Below, piece by piece: positions 18,598 through 29,207 of a stretch of DNA of 64,000 nucleotides. Each line of letters starts with the position of its first letter. Within the stretch, counting starts at the first letter, position 1. Under the pieces are notes generated by a model. That model saw only the letters and a program-made list of their open reading frames with translations. It ran no database searches and had not been told where the DNA came from. Made by a program: the position numbers and the translations under genes. The DNA comes from Candidatus Daviesbacteria bacterium (GTDB taxonomy: Bacteria; Patescibacteriota; Microgenomatia; Daviesbacterales; UBA10151), in the NCBI GenBank assembly GCA_028715175.1, contig JAQUSJ010000001.1, positions 148,356-212,355 on the forward strand, read 5' to 3'.

Positions 18598-21500
18598 ATG
18601 ACTATTATGAATGATTTACTAGATTTTGAAAGCTTAAGGTTAACAGTTGCTTCTCCTGAACAAATCCGCAGCTGGTCTTTTGGCGAGGTCACAAAACCTG
18701 AGACCATTAATTATAGAACCTTAAAAGCAGAGAAAGATGGTTTGTTTTCCGAGAATATATTTGGTCCGACCAAAGATTATGAATGTTACTGCGGTAAGTA
18801 CAAAAGAATTAGGTTTAGAGGCGTAATTTGTGATAAATGCGGAGTTGAGGTAACACAGAGCAAAGTAAGACGGGAAAGAATGGGTCATATCAATCTTGCC
18901 TCGCCTGTTGCCCATTCCTGGTTTGTTAAAGGAGCGCCCTCAAAATTGTCGCTAATTTTGGATATTTCGCCTAAAAATTTGGAAGCAGTTATATATTTCG
19001 CCTCTTATTTAGTAATAAATATTGATCCTGTTGGTAAAGCAGCAGCATTGGAGAAATTAGATAAGGATTTGCTGGCAAAGATTGCCGAAGCAGAAGAAAA
19101 ATTGGAAGCTAGCATTAAAGATGCTGAAAGCTCTTTGAAAAAAGCCGTTGCCGATCTAAAGAAAAAGTTAGAGAAAGAAAAATTTGAACTAGAAGCAGAG
19201 GAACTGGAGTTGAAAAGCCGCGCAGAGATTCAAAAATTAAGAGATAATTTGGTAGTAGAAACCGGACAGCTGGAAGGAATCTTCAAGGCAGTATCTGATT
19301 TGGTGAAAAGTGTTGCCTCCTTAAAACTACTATCGGAGGAAGAATATTTTAAACTTTCCGAATATGGGGTCTCGAATTTTGTTGAGGTCGGAATGGGAGC
19401 AGAAGCATTTTTGGAAGTTTTGGAAAAATTAGATTTAGATAAAACTTCTTCGCATCTGCGCGAAGAAGTTAGAAAATCTACCGGACAAAAACATATAAAG
19501 GCTACTAAAAGACTTCGCATAATTGAAGGCATGCGATCATCCGGTATTTCCCCTGCATGGTTGATTATGAGAGTACTGCCGGTTTTACCTCCGGATCTCC
19601 GTCCCATGGTACAACTTCCCGGCGGGAGATTCGCAACGTCCGATTTAAACGACTTGTATAGAAGAGTTATAAATAGAAATAATCGATTAAACAGGTTGAT
19701 TAATCTTGGCGCTCCGGAAATAATCTTGCGGAATGAAAAAAGAATGCTTCAGGAAGCTGTGGACAGTCTGATTGATGCGACATCCCGTACTTCAAGACGG
19801 GGAGGTCCTGCTACCACTCATGTGCTCCGTTCACTTTCAGACATGTTGCGGGGCAAACAGGGAAGATTTAGACAGAATTTACTCGGTAAAAGAGTTGATT
19901 ATTCAGGAAGATCGGTTATTGTTGTTGGGCCAAAACTTAAGCTAGATCAAGTCGGTTTACCAAAAGAGATGGCTTTAGAGATGTTTAAACCTTTTGTTTT
20001 GCGTGAGATGATAGCCCGCGGTTTAGCTTCTAATGTTAAGGGTGCAAAAAATGTTTTAGAACTTAGACCTAGTGAGGTTTGGGATATTTTGGAGGAAATT
20101 ATCACCGGACACCCTATTTTAATCAACAGAGCCCCCACTTTACACAGATTAGGTATACAAGCTTTTTACCCGGTATTGGTAGATGGTAATGCAATTGCTA
20201 TTCACCCTTGCATCTGCGCAGGATTTAATGCTGATTTTGATGGTGACCAAATGGCAGTTCATGTACCTTTGTCATCTAAAGCTCAAGAGGAAGCTCGGAG
20301 ATTAATGATGGCTAAGGAGAATATTTTCGGTCCGGCTAATGCTCAGCCAATCACGGTTCCGAATCGGGAAATGGCTTTAGGGTGTTACTATTTAACTTTT
20401 ATCGATGAGTCTGAAAGTTCGAAAGATTTACAATTTTTTGCACTTGCGGAAGATGCCGTCAGGGCTTTTACTTTGGGAAAGATCGGTGTCCAACAAAAGA
20501 TTCAGATAAGAGTAAACAACGAAATCATTGAGACATCGGTTGGGAGGATTTTATTTAACCAGGTATTGCCTCCTCAAATGAGATTCCTGAACTCTGTTAT
20601 CAAAGGATTTACGATCCGTGACATTATCCTCAAAGCTATGGAAATTTTAGGTAAAGATGAAACAACTAAGCTGATTGATAATATCAAAGATATTGGTTTT
20701 TGGGGAGTGACAATTGCAGGTATTTCAATATCAATATTTGATGCAAAGATTGTTCCTGACAAGAATAAATATTTAGAGAGGGCAATCAAAGAGATTGAAA
20801 CAATCGAAGCGAATACTGCTAAAGGTTTAATTACCCCGCAAGAAAAATCACAGCTTTCTCAAATGGTTTGGATCAAAACAACAGAAGAATTGGCCAATGC
20901 TACATGGGAACATTTGGGTTTTAAAAACCCTATCAGAATGATGGTTGAGGCAGGAGCCAGAGGATCCAGAGATCAGGCAAAACAATTGTCCGCCATGCGT
21001 GGTCTCTCAACCGATCCAACCGGTAAAATTGTTGAATTACCTACCAAATCAAACTACAGGCAAGGCTTATCGGTATTTGAATACTTTACATCAGCTCGGG
21101 GAGCAAGAAAAGGTGTGGCAGATAAAGCACTAAAAACTGCAGATGCAGGATACTTAACCAGGAGACTAGTGGATGTTGCTCACGATGTCATTATCAGGAT
21201 GGAAGATTGCGGAACATCCAGTGCGCTTGAATATGATCTAACCAAAAATAGCTTCAATATAGCAAGAGAGAAATTGCTTGGTAGATTAATCTCGGAAAAT
21301 GTTTTGGAACCGAAAACCAGAAAAGTAATTATCAAAAAAGGTACAATATTGACTGAAGATATAATTTCAAAAATACTGAAAGCAGGAGTTGTAAAAGTAT
21401 CGGCCCGGTCTCCCTTAACTTGCGAGGCCCGTGTCGGAATTTGTAGCGCTTGTTATGGATTTGATTTAACTACCAGAGAGTTGGTTAAAATTGGTACTCC

Positions 21501-22302
21501 TGTTGGTGTGGTGGCAGCTCAGGCAATCGGTGAGCCCGGAACACAGCTAACAATGCGTACTTTTCACACCGGAGGAATTGTCGGTTTGGATATTACTCAA
21601 GGTTTGCCAAGAGTTGAAGAGTTGTTTGAAGCTAGAACTCCAAAAGTTGTGGCGCCAATTTCCGAGATTGCCGGAAAAGTTTTCGTTGTTGAAGCAGAGG
21701 ATGCAGGTATAAGAGTTAGAGTGAGAACTACCCAAAAACCACACGAAGAAAGAGAATACATAATTCCTGCAACAGCCACACTTTTAGTGGAAGAGGGACA
21801 ACTGATTGATGCCGGTACAACTCTTGCCTCGGGTCATGCAGATGTAAAAGAAACTTTGCGGATTCAAGGGTTGCGGGTTGCGCAGCGCTATATTGCTGAT
21901 CAGGTCCGATCGGTTTATGAATCTCAAGGGGTGCCTATTAATGAAAAGCATTTCGAAGTTATTGTGCGGAAAATGTCAGATAAAGTTAGAGTTGAAACCC
22001 AGGGTGATACCAATCTTTTGCCCGGTGAAATTATTGATAAACTTCGTTTTGAAGAAGAGAATAAGCGTGTTTTGGCCGGCGGCGGCGAACCGGCAACGGC
22101 AGAAGTTGTGATTTTAGGAATTACCAGAGCATCTTTACAAACGGAAAGCTTCTTGTCTGCTGCTTCTTTCCAGGAAACTACTTCAATACTTTCAGATGCA
22201 GCCATCTCTGGTAAAGAAGACAAGTTGGTAGGTCTAAAGGAAAATGTTATAATTGGCAGGCTCATTCCTACAAGTATAGAGAGAGCAAGGATAGAAAGTT
22301 AA
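18598..22302 (+). CDS. rpoC: DNA-directed RNA polymerase subunit beta'
   Basis: Zn-binding [23 protein letters not shown] and the NADFDGD catalytic motif. Confidence 0.95.
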   Translation: MTIMNDLLDFESLRLTVASPEQIRSWSFGEVTKPETINYRTLKAEKDGLFSENIFGPTKDYECYCGKYKRIRFRGVICDKCGVEVTQSKVRRERMGHINLASPVAHSWFVKGAPSKLSLILDISPKNLEAVIYFASYLVINIDPVGKAAALEKLDKDLLAKIAEAEEKLEASIKDAESSLKKAVADLKKKLEKEKFELEAEELELKSRAEIQKLRDNLVVETGQLEGIFKAVSDLVKSVASLKLLSEEEYFKLSEYGVSNFVEVGMGAEAFLEVLEKLDLDKTSSHLREEVRKSTGQKHIKATKRLRIIEGMRSSGISPAWLIMRVLPVLPPDLRPMVQLPGGRFATSDLNDLYRRVINRNNRLNRLINLGAPEIILRNEKRMLQEAVDSLIDATSRTSRRGGPATTHVLRSLSDMLRGKQGRFRQNLLGKRVDYSGRSVIVVGPKLKLDQVGLPKEMALEMFKPFVLREMIARGLASNVKGAKNVLELRPSEVWDILEEIITGHPILINRAPTLHRLGIQAFYPVLVDGNAIAIHPCICAGFNADFDGDQMAVHVPLSSKAQEEARRLMMAKENIFGPANAQPITVPNREMALGCYYLTFIDESESSKDLQFFALAEDAVRAFTLGKIGVQQKIQIRVNNEIIETSVGRILFNQVLPPQMRFLNSVIKGFTIRDIILKAMEILGKDETTKLIDNIKDIGFWGVTIAGISISIFDAKIVPDKNKYLERAIKEIETIEANTAKGLITPQEKSQLSQMVWIKTTEELANATWEHLGFKNPIRMMVEAGARGSRDQAKQLSAMRGLSTDPTGKIVELPTKSNYRQGLSVFEYFTSARGARKGVADKALKTADAGYLTRRLVDVAHDVIIRMEDCGTSSALEYDLTKNSFNIAREKLLGRLISENVLEPKTRKVIIKKGTILTEDIISKILKAGVVKVSARSPLTCEARVGICSACYGFDLTTRELVKIGTPVGVVAAQAIGEPGTQLTMRTFHTGGIVGLDITQGLPRVEELFEARTPKVVAPISEIAGKVFVVEAEDAGIRVRVRTTQKPHEEREYIIPATATLLVEEGQLIDAGTTLASGHADVKETLRIQGLRVAQRYIADQVRSVYESQGVPINEKHFEVIVRKMSDKVRVETQGDTNLLPGEIIDKLRFEEENKRVLAGGGEPATAEVVILGITRASLQTESFLSAASFQETTSILSDAAISGKEDKLVGLKENVIIGRLIPTSIERARIES

Positions 22303-22304
22303 AA

Positions 22305-22775
22305 ATGCCAACTATTAATCAATTAGTTAGAAAAGGTAGAAAAAAGATCGTTAAAAAGATTAAAGCTACGGCTTTAAGACGTAGTTTTAATGCCAAAGAC
22401 AGGAGATATACCCAAGATTTCAGCCCGCAAAAACGGGGAGTTGTTACTTTGGTTAAAACTATGACTCCAAAAAAACCAAACTCAGCACTCAGAAAAGTGG
22501 CCAGAGTAAGACTTTCCAACAGAACTGAGGTGACGGCATATATTCAAGGTGAAGGTCACTCGTTAGCAGAACACGGAATTGTGCTAGTCCGGGGCGGCAG
22601 GGTGAAGGATTTGCCGGGAGTGAAATACCATTTAGTCAGAGGTAAGTTCGATCTGGTAGGAGTAGTAGGTAGAAAACAAGGTAGATCAAGATACGGTACA
22701 AAAAGCGGAGGAGGCGGACCGGTGCCCAGAGCGGCTGCGCCTCCGCCAGCTGGCGGACCAACTCCAGCAGTATGA
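22305..22775 (+). CDS. rpsL: 30S ribosomal protein S12 with an unusual GC-rich 24-aa C-terminal extension
   Basis: [11 protein letters not shown]...KYHLVRG S12 core; tail [23 protein letters not shown]. Confidence 0.9.
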   Translation: MPTINQLVRKGRKKIVKKIKATALRRSFNAKDRRYTQDFSPQKRGVVTLVKTMTPKKPNSALRKVARVRLSNRTEVTAYIQGEGHSLAEHGIVLVRGGRVKDLPGVKYHLVRGKFDLVGVVGRKQGRSRYGTKSGGGGPVPRAAAPPPAGGPTPAV

Positions 22776-22792
22776 AAGAAAGGAATTAAAAC

Positions 22793-23269
22793 GTGAGAAG
22801 CGGAAAAGCTGAAAAGAAAATACTCCCACCGGATCCTATTTACGGGTCAAGGCTTGTGGCCCGATTTATTAATAAATTGATGATCAGCGGTAAAAGAACC
22901 GTTGCAGAAAAATTAGTTTATGAAGCTTTGGAGACAATAAGAGAACAAGTTAAGCAGGAACCGCTTTCTGTTTTTGAGAAAGCTATTTCTAATATTGCTC
23001 CAAAGATGGAGGTTCGACCCCGGCGAGTCGGTGGAGCTTCATACCAGGTGCCGGTTGAAGTCAGAGGCGACAGGAAAGAAGCTTTGGCAATCAGGTGGAT
23101 TTTAACCGGAGCAAGATCCAGGTCTAATAAAGAGTTTCATTCTTTCGATAAAAAATTAGCGGCAGAACTTATTGACGCTGCAAATAATACCGGTGCGGCA
23201 ATTAAAAAGAAAGATGATGTCCAAAAAGCCGCTGCAGCCAATCGTGCATTCAGTCACTTCCGTTGGTAA
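22793..23269 (+). CDS. rpsG: 30S ribosomal protein S7
   Basis: S7 family sequence; 158 aa. Confidence 0.9.
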   Translation: MRSGKAEKKILPPDPIYGSRLVARFINKLMISGKRTVAEKLVYEALETIREQVKQEPLSVFEKAISNIAPKMEVRPRRVGGASYQVPVEVRGDRKEALAIRWILTGARSRSNKEFHSFDKKLAAELIDAANNTGAAIKKKDDVQKAAAANRAFSHFRW

Positions 23270-23293
23270 ATACTCATTGAAAGGTAAAGATAT

Positions 23294-23518
23294 ATGAATA
23301 AAAAAATAAGAGAACAAAAAATTAAAATGTGGAAAGATAATTTAGCTAAGTTGGAAGAAGAGTTAAGGGTGATTGCGGAGAAAAAAGGAGTTGCTGCTCA
23401 AGAAGGCGATCTGTCGGAAAACGCTGCTTATACTATAGCTGTTGAGGATGCGGAAACAACTAGAGTTAGAATTGAAGAAGTGAAAAAGTTAATTAGAGAT
23501 TTGGAAAAAGAAGGTTAA
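23294..23518 (+). CDS. GreA N-terminal coiled-coil domain-only protein (mini-Gre factor)
   Basis: [50 protein letters not shown] aligns with the GreA NTD including the acidic tip D-x-x-E. No C-terminal FKBP-like domain, since fusA starts 2 nt later. Confidence 0.6.
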   Translation: MNKKIREQKIKMWKDNLAKLEEELRVIAEKKGVAAQEGDLSENAAYTIAVEDAETTRVRIEEVKKLIRDLEKEG

Positions 23519-23519
23519 T

Positions 23520-25658
23520 ATGACATTAACAAAGACAAAACGGGATTTTCCGCTGGACAGGATTAGAAACATTGGAATTATTGCCCATATTGATGCAGGA
23601 AAAACTACTACAACCGAGCGAATCCTCTTTTATACAGGAAAAACTTACAAAATAGGCAATATTGACGAGGGTACAACTGTTACAGACTGGATGGAGCAGG
23701 AAAGAGAGCGGGGAATCACTATTGTTTCTGCAGCCATCACAGCTTTTTGGACTGTTAAAAAAGGTCAATTTGAAGGTGAAGAAATGAGAATTAATTTGAT
23801 TGATACACCGGGTCACGTTGATTTTACAGCCGAAGTTGAGCGGAGTTTGCGGGTTTTAGACGGGGCAGTAATTGTTTTGGATTCCTCATCCGGCGTGCAA
23901 TCACAGACAGAGACTGTTTGGAGACAGGCTAATAAATATAATGTGCCTTTAATTGCCTTTTCCAACAAGATGGATGTGGTGGGAGCGGATTTTCAGGCCA
24001 CTATTCAATCTGCCAGGGATAGGCTAGGTGCAAATGCTATTGCTTACAATCTGCCAATAGGCAAAGAGAACGATTTTAAAGGAGTGGTAGATCTTTTGAG
24101 CGAGAAAGCAATTATTTGGGAAGGGGATGAAACCGGCGCAAAGTTTCATGAAATAGATATACCCGCTGATATGGCTGAAGTTGTCAAGGCGGCTCGCGAG
24201 AAGTTGGTTGAGGAAATTGCAGGTACCGACGATATTTTGATGGGGAAGTATCTGGAAGGGAAAGAAATTACAGTGCAAGAGTTAAAACAAGCCTTAAGGA
24301 AAGCAGTAATTGCCAATAAAATCGTACCCGTTATGGCGGGGTCATCTCTTCGCAATAAAGGGGTTCAGTCAATGCTTGATGCTGTTGTAGAATATCTTCC
24401 CTCTCCGCAAGACATAGCTACAGTTTCAGGTTACAATCCAAAAACAGGTGATCCTGAAGAAAGAAAAGCAGACTCGACTGCTCTCCTGGCGGCGTTGGCT
24501 TTTAAAATTCAAGTTGATCCGCATGTAGGAAAATTGACTTATATCAGAGTATATTCCGGAACCTTGAAAAGCGGTTCTTATGTGTACAACGCCACCAAAC
24601 AAATTAGAGAAAGAGTAGGTAGGTTGCTTCTCATGCATGCCAATGACAGGGAGGAAATCGATGAAGCTTTCGCCGGAGAAATTGTGGCAGCGGTAGGTTT
24701 GAAAGATACTGTCACTGGTAATACCCTTTGCGATGAGAATACTCCAATTATTTTAGAGTCTATCTCTTTTCCTGATCCGGTTATTTCTTTGGCAATAGAA
24801 CCAAAAACAAAATCAGATCAGGAAAAGCTAGGTTATGCTTTGCAAAGACTTTCCGAAGAAGATCCGACTTTCCGGGTCAAGTCTGATCCCGAAACCGGCC
24901 AGACTATTATTGCAGGTATGGGTGAATTGCAGCTTGAAATTTTGGTTGACCGGATGAAAAGGGAGTTTAAGCTGGAGGCTAATGTGGGTCAGCCGCAAGT
25001 TGCATACAAGGAAACTATTACTCAGATAGCAAAGGGTGAGGGGAAGTATATCAGACAAACCGGAGGTCGTGGTCAATATGGCCATTGTTTGCTTAGAATT
25101 GAGCCTCTGCCGCGGGGAACCGGCAGGGAATTTGTCTCAGAAATTGTCGGTGGCGCTATCCCGCGGGAGTTTATTCCCCCAATTGAAAAAGGAGTTATTG
25201 AAAAAGAAGATACCGGTATTTTGGCTGGATTCCCTGTGACTGATATTAAAGTAGCTGTTTATGACGGGTCTTTTCATGATGTTGACTCCTCGGAAGTTGC
25301 TTTTAAGATTGCAGCTTCACTGGGGCTTTCTGAGGCAGCCAAAAAAGCTGACATGATTCTCCTTGAGCCGATTATGAAGGTGGAAGTTACTACTCCTGAG
25401 GAGTTTTTGGGGGAGATTATTGGTGATTTGTCTTCTAAAAGAGCGCAAATTCTTTCTTCCGAAACCCGGGGAAATGCCAGGGTGGTGATAGCTTTGGTTC
25501 CTTTGGCAGAAATGCACGGTTATGCTACAGCTATCCGCTCCATGTCTCAGGGTAGAGCTACTTATTACATGGAGGCAGATCATTATGAAACAGTACCGCA
25601 AAACATCACCCAAAAAATCATTGAATCCTCAGGCTTTACAGGTAGAGTGGAACACTAG
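23520..25658 (+). CDS. fusA: Elongation factor G
   Basis: [17 protein letters not shown]1 motif, DTPGHVDF; 712 aa. Confidence 0.95.
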   Translation: MTLTKTKRDFPLDRIRNIGIIAHIDAGKTTTTERILFYTGKTYKIGNIDEGTTVTDWMEQERERGITIVSAAITAFWTVKKGQFEGEEMRINLIDTPGHVDFTAEVERSLRVLDGAVIVLDSSSGVQSQTETVWRQANKYNVPLIAFSNKMDVVGADFQATIQSARDRLGANAIAYNLPIGKENDFKGVVDLLSEKAIIWEGDETGAKFHEIDIPADMAEVVKAAREKLVEEIAGTDDILMGKYLEGKEITVQELKQALRKAVIANKIVPVMAGSSLRNKGVQSMLDAVVEYLPSPQDIATVSGYNPKTGDPEERKADSTALLAALAFKIQVDPHVGKLTYIRVYSGTLKSGSYVYNATKQIRERVGRLLLMHANDREEIDEAFAGEIVAAVGLKDTVTGNTLCDENTPIILESISFPDPVISLAIEPKTKSDQEKLGYALQRLSEEDPTFRVKSDPETGQTIIAGMGELQLEILVDRMKREFKLEANVGQPQVAYKETITQIAKGEGKYIRQTGGRGQYGHCLLRIEPLPRGTGREFVSEIVGGAIPREFIPPIEKGVIEKEDTGILAGFPVTDIKVAVYDGSFHDVDSSEVAFKIAASLGLSEAAKKADMILLEPIMKVEVTTPEEFLGEIIGDLSSKRAQILSSETRGNARVVIALVPLAEMHGYATAIRSMSQGRATYYMEADHYETVPQNITQKIIESSGFTGRVEH

Positions 25659-25659
25659 A

Positions 25660-26667
25660 ATGAGAAGGCTCAATATTGCTATTTTGCCTGCAGGAGTTTG
25701 GGGGACTGCTTTGGTAGTTCCTGTTTCAGATAATGGGCACAGAGTAACGCTCTATTTTAGACAAAATGCAGACGCAAAAAAGTTTAATGAAGTAAAACGG
25801 AATTTAAAAAGACTACCGGAGATCCGGTTTAATGGACAGGTTAGTGCGACTTCTAATTTAAAGAAGGCAATTTCAGGGGCAAATATATTGGTTTTAGCTT
25901 GTGACGTTTACCATGTCAGAAATTTCTTTAAGCAAATCAAACCTTTTGTTAAAGAAAATATGATTATTCTTTGTAGCGCCAAAGGAATTGAGAAAAAGAC
26001 GAATCTTTGTATGTCGGAAGTGCTCAGTGAAGTTTATTCTAACAATAATGCTAATTTAGCAGTTATGTCCGGCCCAAATTTCGCAGTTGAGGTAGCCAAA
26101 AGATTACCAACAATGACTGTAATTGCTTCAAAAAAGAAAACTGTCGGTAATCTTTTGCAAAAAGCTTTCAGTACGGAAAACTTTAAGGTTTATACCCAAG
26201 ATGATGTTTTGGGGGTGGAACTGGGAGGGGCGTTAAAAAATGTTATAGCAATCGGAGTGGGTATTGGGGAAGGACTACGGATGGGTGAGAACTGTAGGGC
26301 GGCTCTCATCACTAGAGGGATTGCAGAGATGATTAAACTAGGAACAGTATTAGGTGCTAATAAGTTGACTTTTGCCGGTTTATCCGGTATGGGGGATTTA
26401 ATATTGACTTGTACTTCTGCCCAAAGCAGAAATTATAAAGCAGGATTTAAAATAGGTAGGGGAATGAATCCGAAAGATCTGCTTACATCGGGTGAAACTA
26501 TTGAAGGATTGCGAACAGTTAAGGTTGCTGTTGGAATAGCGAAGAAAAAAAATATTGAAATTCCCATAATGGAGATGGTTTATAAAATAGTTTATCAGGG
26601 TTTAAAACCCAAGATAGGATTCAGGGAACTTATGAAGTTTGAACTAAGTAGCGAGAACGGAGATTAA
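25660..26667 (+). CDS. gpsA: Glycerol-3-phosphate dehydrogenase [NAD(P)+]
   Basis: Start moved to the ATG at 25660, just after the fusA stop. NAD-binding N-terminus and GpsA C-terminal domain (GLSGMGDLILTCTS). Confidence 0.85.
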   Translation: MRRLNIAILPAGVWGTALVVPVSDNGHRVTLYFRQNADAKKFNEVKRNLKRLPEIRFNGQVSATSNLKKAISGANILVLACDVYHVRNFFKQIKPFVKENMIILCSAKGIEKKTNLCMSEVLSEVYSNNNANLAVMSGPNFAVEVAKRLPTMTVIASKKKTVGNLLQKAFSTENFKVYTQDDVLGVELGGALKNVIAIGVGIGEGLRMGENCRAALITRGIAEMIKLGTVLGANKLTFAGLSGMGDLILTCTSAQSRNYKAGFKIGRGMNPKDLLTSGETIEGLRTVKVAVGIAKKKNIEIPIMEMVYKIVYQGLKPKIGFRELMKFELSSENGD

Positions 26668-26790
26668 ATTAGGTATTGTAATTTAGATAAATTTATTGTA
26701 TATTTCTTAATACCAGCTTAAGGAGCTGGTATTTAATTGTTATATTTGATTCTAGACAAGTCAGAATGGTAATGATAAAATAATAAGATT

Positions 26791-27975
26791 ATGGCTGAAC
26801 AGAAAAAATTTGATAGAAGCAAACCGCATGTAAATGTTGGAACCATGGGTCATGTTGACCATGGTAAAACAACTTTAACTGCTGCAATCACCAAAGTCTT
26901 GGCCGGCAAAGGTATGGCTGAAGAGCGCAGTGTTGATCAAATTGATAACGCTCCGGAAGAAAAAGCCCGTGGCATTACCATTAATATTTCTCACCAAGAG
27001 TATGAAACCGAAAAAAGGCATTATGCCCACATTGATATGCCAGGGCATGCAGATTACATCAAAAACATGATTACCGGCGCCGCCCAAACAGATGGCGCCA
27101 TTTTGGTAGTTTCTGCACCGGATGGCCCAATGCCTCAAACCAGAGAACATCTTCTATTGGCTCGCCAGGTAGGAGTTCCGGCAATTGTAGTTTATTTAAA
27201 TAAGGTAGATATGGTAGACGATCCTGAACTTTTGGATTTGGTAGAAGAAGAAGTTCGTGATCTTTTGAAGAAATATGAATATGATCCGCAGTCTCCTATA
27301 ATCCGCGGCAGCGCCAAAAAGGCTTTGGAAGGTGATGCTGAGGCAGTAAAATCTATTGAAGATTTAATGACTAAAGTTGACGAGTGGATTCCGACTCCTG
27401 TCAGGGATACGGATAAGCCGTTCCTGATGGCGGTTGAGGATGTTTTCTCAATTAAAGGCAGAGGTACGGTAGTAACCGGAAGAATTGAAAGAGGCAAGGT
27501 TAAAGTTAATGAAGAAATCGAAATCGTTGGCATCAAGCCCACAAAGAAAAGCGTTGTCACAGGAATTGAGATGTTCCATAAAATGCTGGATGAAGGTCAA
27601 GCGGGCGACAATGCCGGAATTCTGCTTCGAGGTATTGAAAAAGACGATGTTGAAAGAGGTCAAGTTTTGGCCAAACCAGGCTCAATTACCCCGCATTCCG
27701 AATTCCAGGCTGAAGTTTATATTTTGAGCAAAGAAGAAGGCGGAAGACACACTCCTTTTTTCAAAGGCTACAGACCGCAATTCTATATTAGAACTACAGA
27801 TGTGACCGGTGAAGTTACTTTACCGGAAGGAGTAGAAATGGCGATGCCAGGTGATACAGTCAATGTTACCGGTAAACTTATTACACCTGTTGCTATGGAA
27901 GAAGGTCTTCGTTTTGCTGTCAGAGAAGGCGGAAAAACGGTCGGAGCCGGGGTTATTACCAAAATAATCGCTTAA
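26791..27975 (+). CDS. tuf: Elongation factor Tu
   Basis: [39 protein letters not shown]; 394 aa. Confidence 0.95.
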   Translation: MAEQKKFDRSKPHVNVGTMGHVDHGKTTLTAAITKVLAGKGMAEERSVDQIDNAPEEKARGITINISHQEYETEKRHYAHIDMPGHADYIKNMITGAAQTDGAILVVSAPDGPMPQTREHLLLARQVGVPAIVVYLNKVDMVDDPELLDLVEEEVRDLLKKYEYDPQSPIIRGSAKKALEGDAEAVKSIEDLMTKVDEWIPTPVRDTDKPFLMAVEDVFSIKGRGTVVTGRIERGKVKVNEEIEIVGIKPTKKSVVTGIEMFHKMLDEGQAGDNAGILLRGIEKDDVERGQVLAKPGSITPHSEFQAEVYILSKEEGGRHTPFFKGYRPQFYIRTTDVTGEVTLPEGVEMAMPGDTVNVTGKLITPVAMEEGLRFAVREGGKTVGAGVITKIIA

Positions 27976-27983
27976 GCTTATTT

Positions 27984-28039
27984 GTCATTCTGAACGTAGT
28001 GAAGAATCTAATTGGATTTTTCGTTTTACTCAGGATGAC
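27984..28039. repeat. Dual-hairpin palindromic repeat element (GTCATTC...hairpin...GAATC / GATT...hairpin...GATGAC), copy 1
   Basis: Two about 25-nt units in inverted orientation (gtcattctgaacgtagtgaagaatc / gatttttcgttttactcaggatgac). A near-identical element is at 50127-50182 and a related one at 31218-31288. Confidence 0.6.
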
Positions 28040-28088
28040 AATTTAGTATAATGCACATTGAAAGGGAAATCCCTAAAGGGATTATAAT

Positions 28089-28397
28089 ATGCCAAGAGGA
28101 CGAATCAGAGTAAAACTGAAGAGTTACGATCATCGGGTATTAGATAATACCTGTGAATCCCTTTTGGATACAGCCCTTAGAACCGGTGCCAAAATAGTCG
28201 GGCCAATCCTCCTTCCTACAAAAACTGAGCGCATTACGGTTTTAACTTCCCCCCATACAGACAAAGACTCAAGAGAAGCTTTTGAAATAAAAACCCACAA
28301 AAGAATGATTGATATTGTGGAACCTACCCAAAAAACCATTGATTCTCTCATGCATCTTGAAATCCCAGCCGGGGTTGATATTGAAGTAAAGATGTAG
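28089..28397 (+). CDS. rpsJ: 30S ribosomal protein S10
   Basis: IRVKLKSYDHRVLD...S10 family; 102 aa. Confidence 0.9.
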   Translation: MPRGRIRVKLKSYDHRVLDNTCESLLDTALRTGAKIVGPILLPTKTERITVLTSPHTDKDSREAFEIKTHKRMIDIVEPTQKTIDSLMHLEIPAGVDIEVKM

Positions 28398-28398
28398 C

Positions 28399-28992
28399 AT
28401 GTCTAAATTTAAGGTTTTAGGATTTATTAATTGCCTTTTAGCAATTTTGCCTATTGTCGTTCGGTATCCTCTTAATTTAGTTTTCTTATTTTCATTAGGA
28501 CTAAATATTTATTTAGGATATAAATTACTTTGGGAACACTATGATCTAACAAAATTTAAACAATATTCAACTCTGACTTTCTTAACTGTTTTTTGGCTCA
28601 TTTGGGGTTTGATCGGATATATTTTTGCGTCAGGGTTTGTTTACCCAATAATCTCTCTTGTGCCAATTACTGGAATTTTTATCTTTATTAGGAAACTTTC
28701 GGTTAAACTGGCTTTACTTGTTTCCTTTGCTACATTTTTAATTGTTGTCCAAACGATAGCTTGGAGATTTGAAGAAGATTATTGCTGGAAGAAAGGGTAT
28801 GAAATGGCTGTAGGTAAACTAGGAACGATGGTTGTTCCTGGCCAAGAAGCTAAAAATTTATTCGGCAGTGATATTGATATTTCTGCATCTGGTTCTGCTG
28901 AAGTTGGTACAGCCGCATATTACCATTTTAAGTGTCATCAGGATTTTGATTTGGGTAGAGTACTGAGAGAAAAATATATCCCAAAGAAGTAA
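28399..28992 (+). CDS. Hypothetical polytopic membrane protein inserted between rpsJ and rplC
   Basis: Starts 2 nt after the rpsJ stop (coupled); 4-5 predicted TM helices; no family recognised. Confidence 0.5.
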   Translation: MSKFKVLGFINCLLAILPIVVRYPLNLVFLFSLGLNIYLGYKLLWEHYDLTKFKQYSTLTFLTVFWLIWGLIGYIFASGFVYPIISLVPITGIFIFIRKLSVKLALLVSFATFLIVVQTIAWRFEEDYCWKKGYEMAVGKLGTMVVPGQEAKNLFGSDIDISASGSAEVGTAAYYHFKCHQDFDLGRVLREKYIPKK

Positions 28993-29162
28993 ATATAAAT
29001 TCACCTCTCTTGCATTTAGCCTCGAGTTTGTGTTAGAATTTCCTTACATGATTAGGTCAGGTTAAATAATTTAACCTAAACTACGTTCATGTAAACTGAA
29101 CGTAGTAAAATTTCAGTAGATCGCGCGTCCTGAAACGATACGGCGAATCTAGCGAGATACTG

Positions 29163-29197
29163 AGTGAGCTTCGCCTAGGCGAACTCACTCTTTTTAG
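29163..29197 (+). terminator. Attenuator/terminator-like hairpin plus T tract 10 nt upstream of the rplC start
   Basis: gagtgagcttcgcc-tag-ggcgaactcactc (13-bp stem with one bulge) followed by ttttt. No room for a promoter before rplC, so it is probably a regulated read-through attenuator. Confidence 0.45.
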
Positions 29198-29207
29198 TGC
29201 AAAAATT

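Noticed and set aside
18721-22265. Several 60-125-aa ORFs on the minus strand (and two on the plus strand in other frames) inside rpoC
   Set aside because: They are embedded in the rpoC coding sequence; typical antisense or alternate-frame artefacts of a long gene.
23526-25613. Minus-strand ORFs inside fusA and a plus-strand ORF at 25036-25239
   Set aside because: They overlap EF-G coding sequence; no independent support.
25522-25659. Upstream 46-codon extension of the gpsA ORF overlapping the fusA 3' end
   Set aside because: The extension lies inside fusA in another frame. The ATG at 25660 follows the fusA stop directly and matches the GpsA N-terminus.
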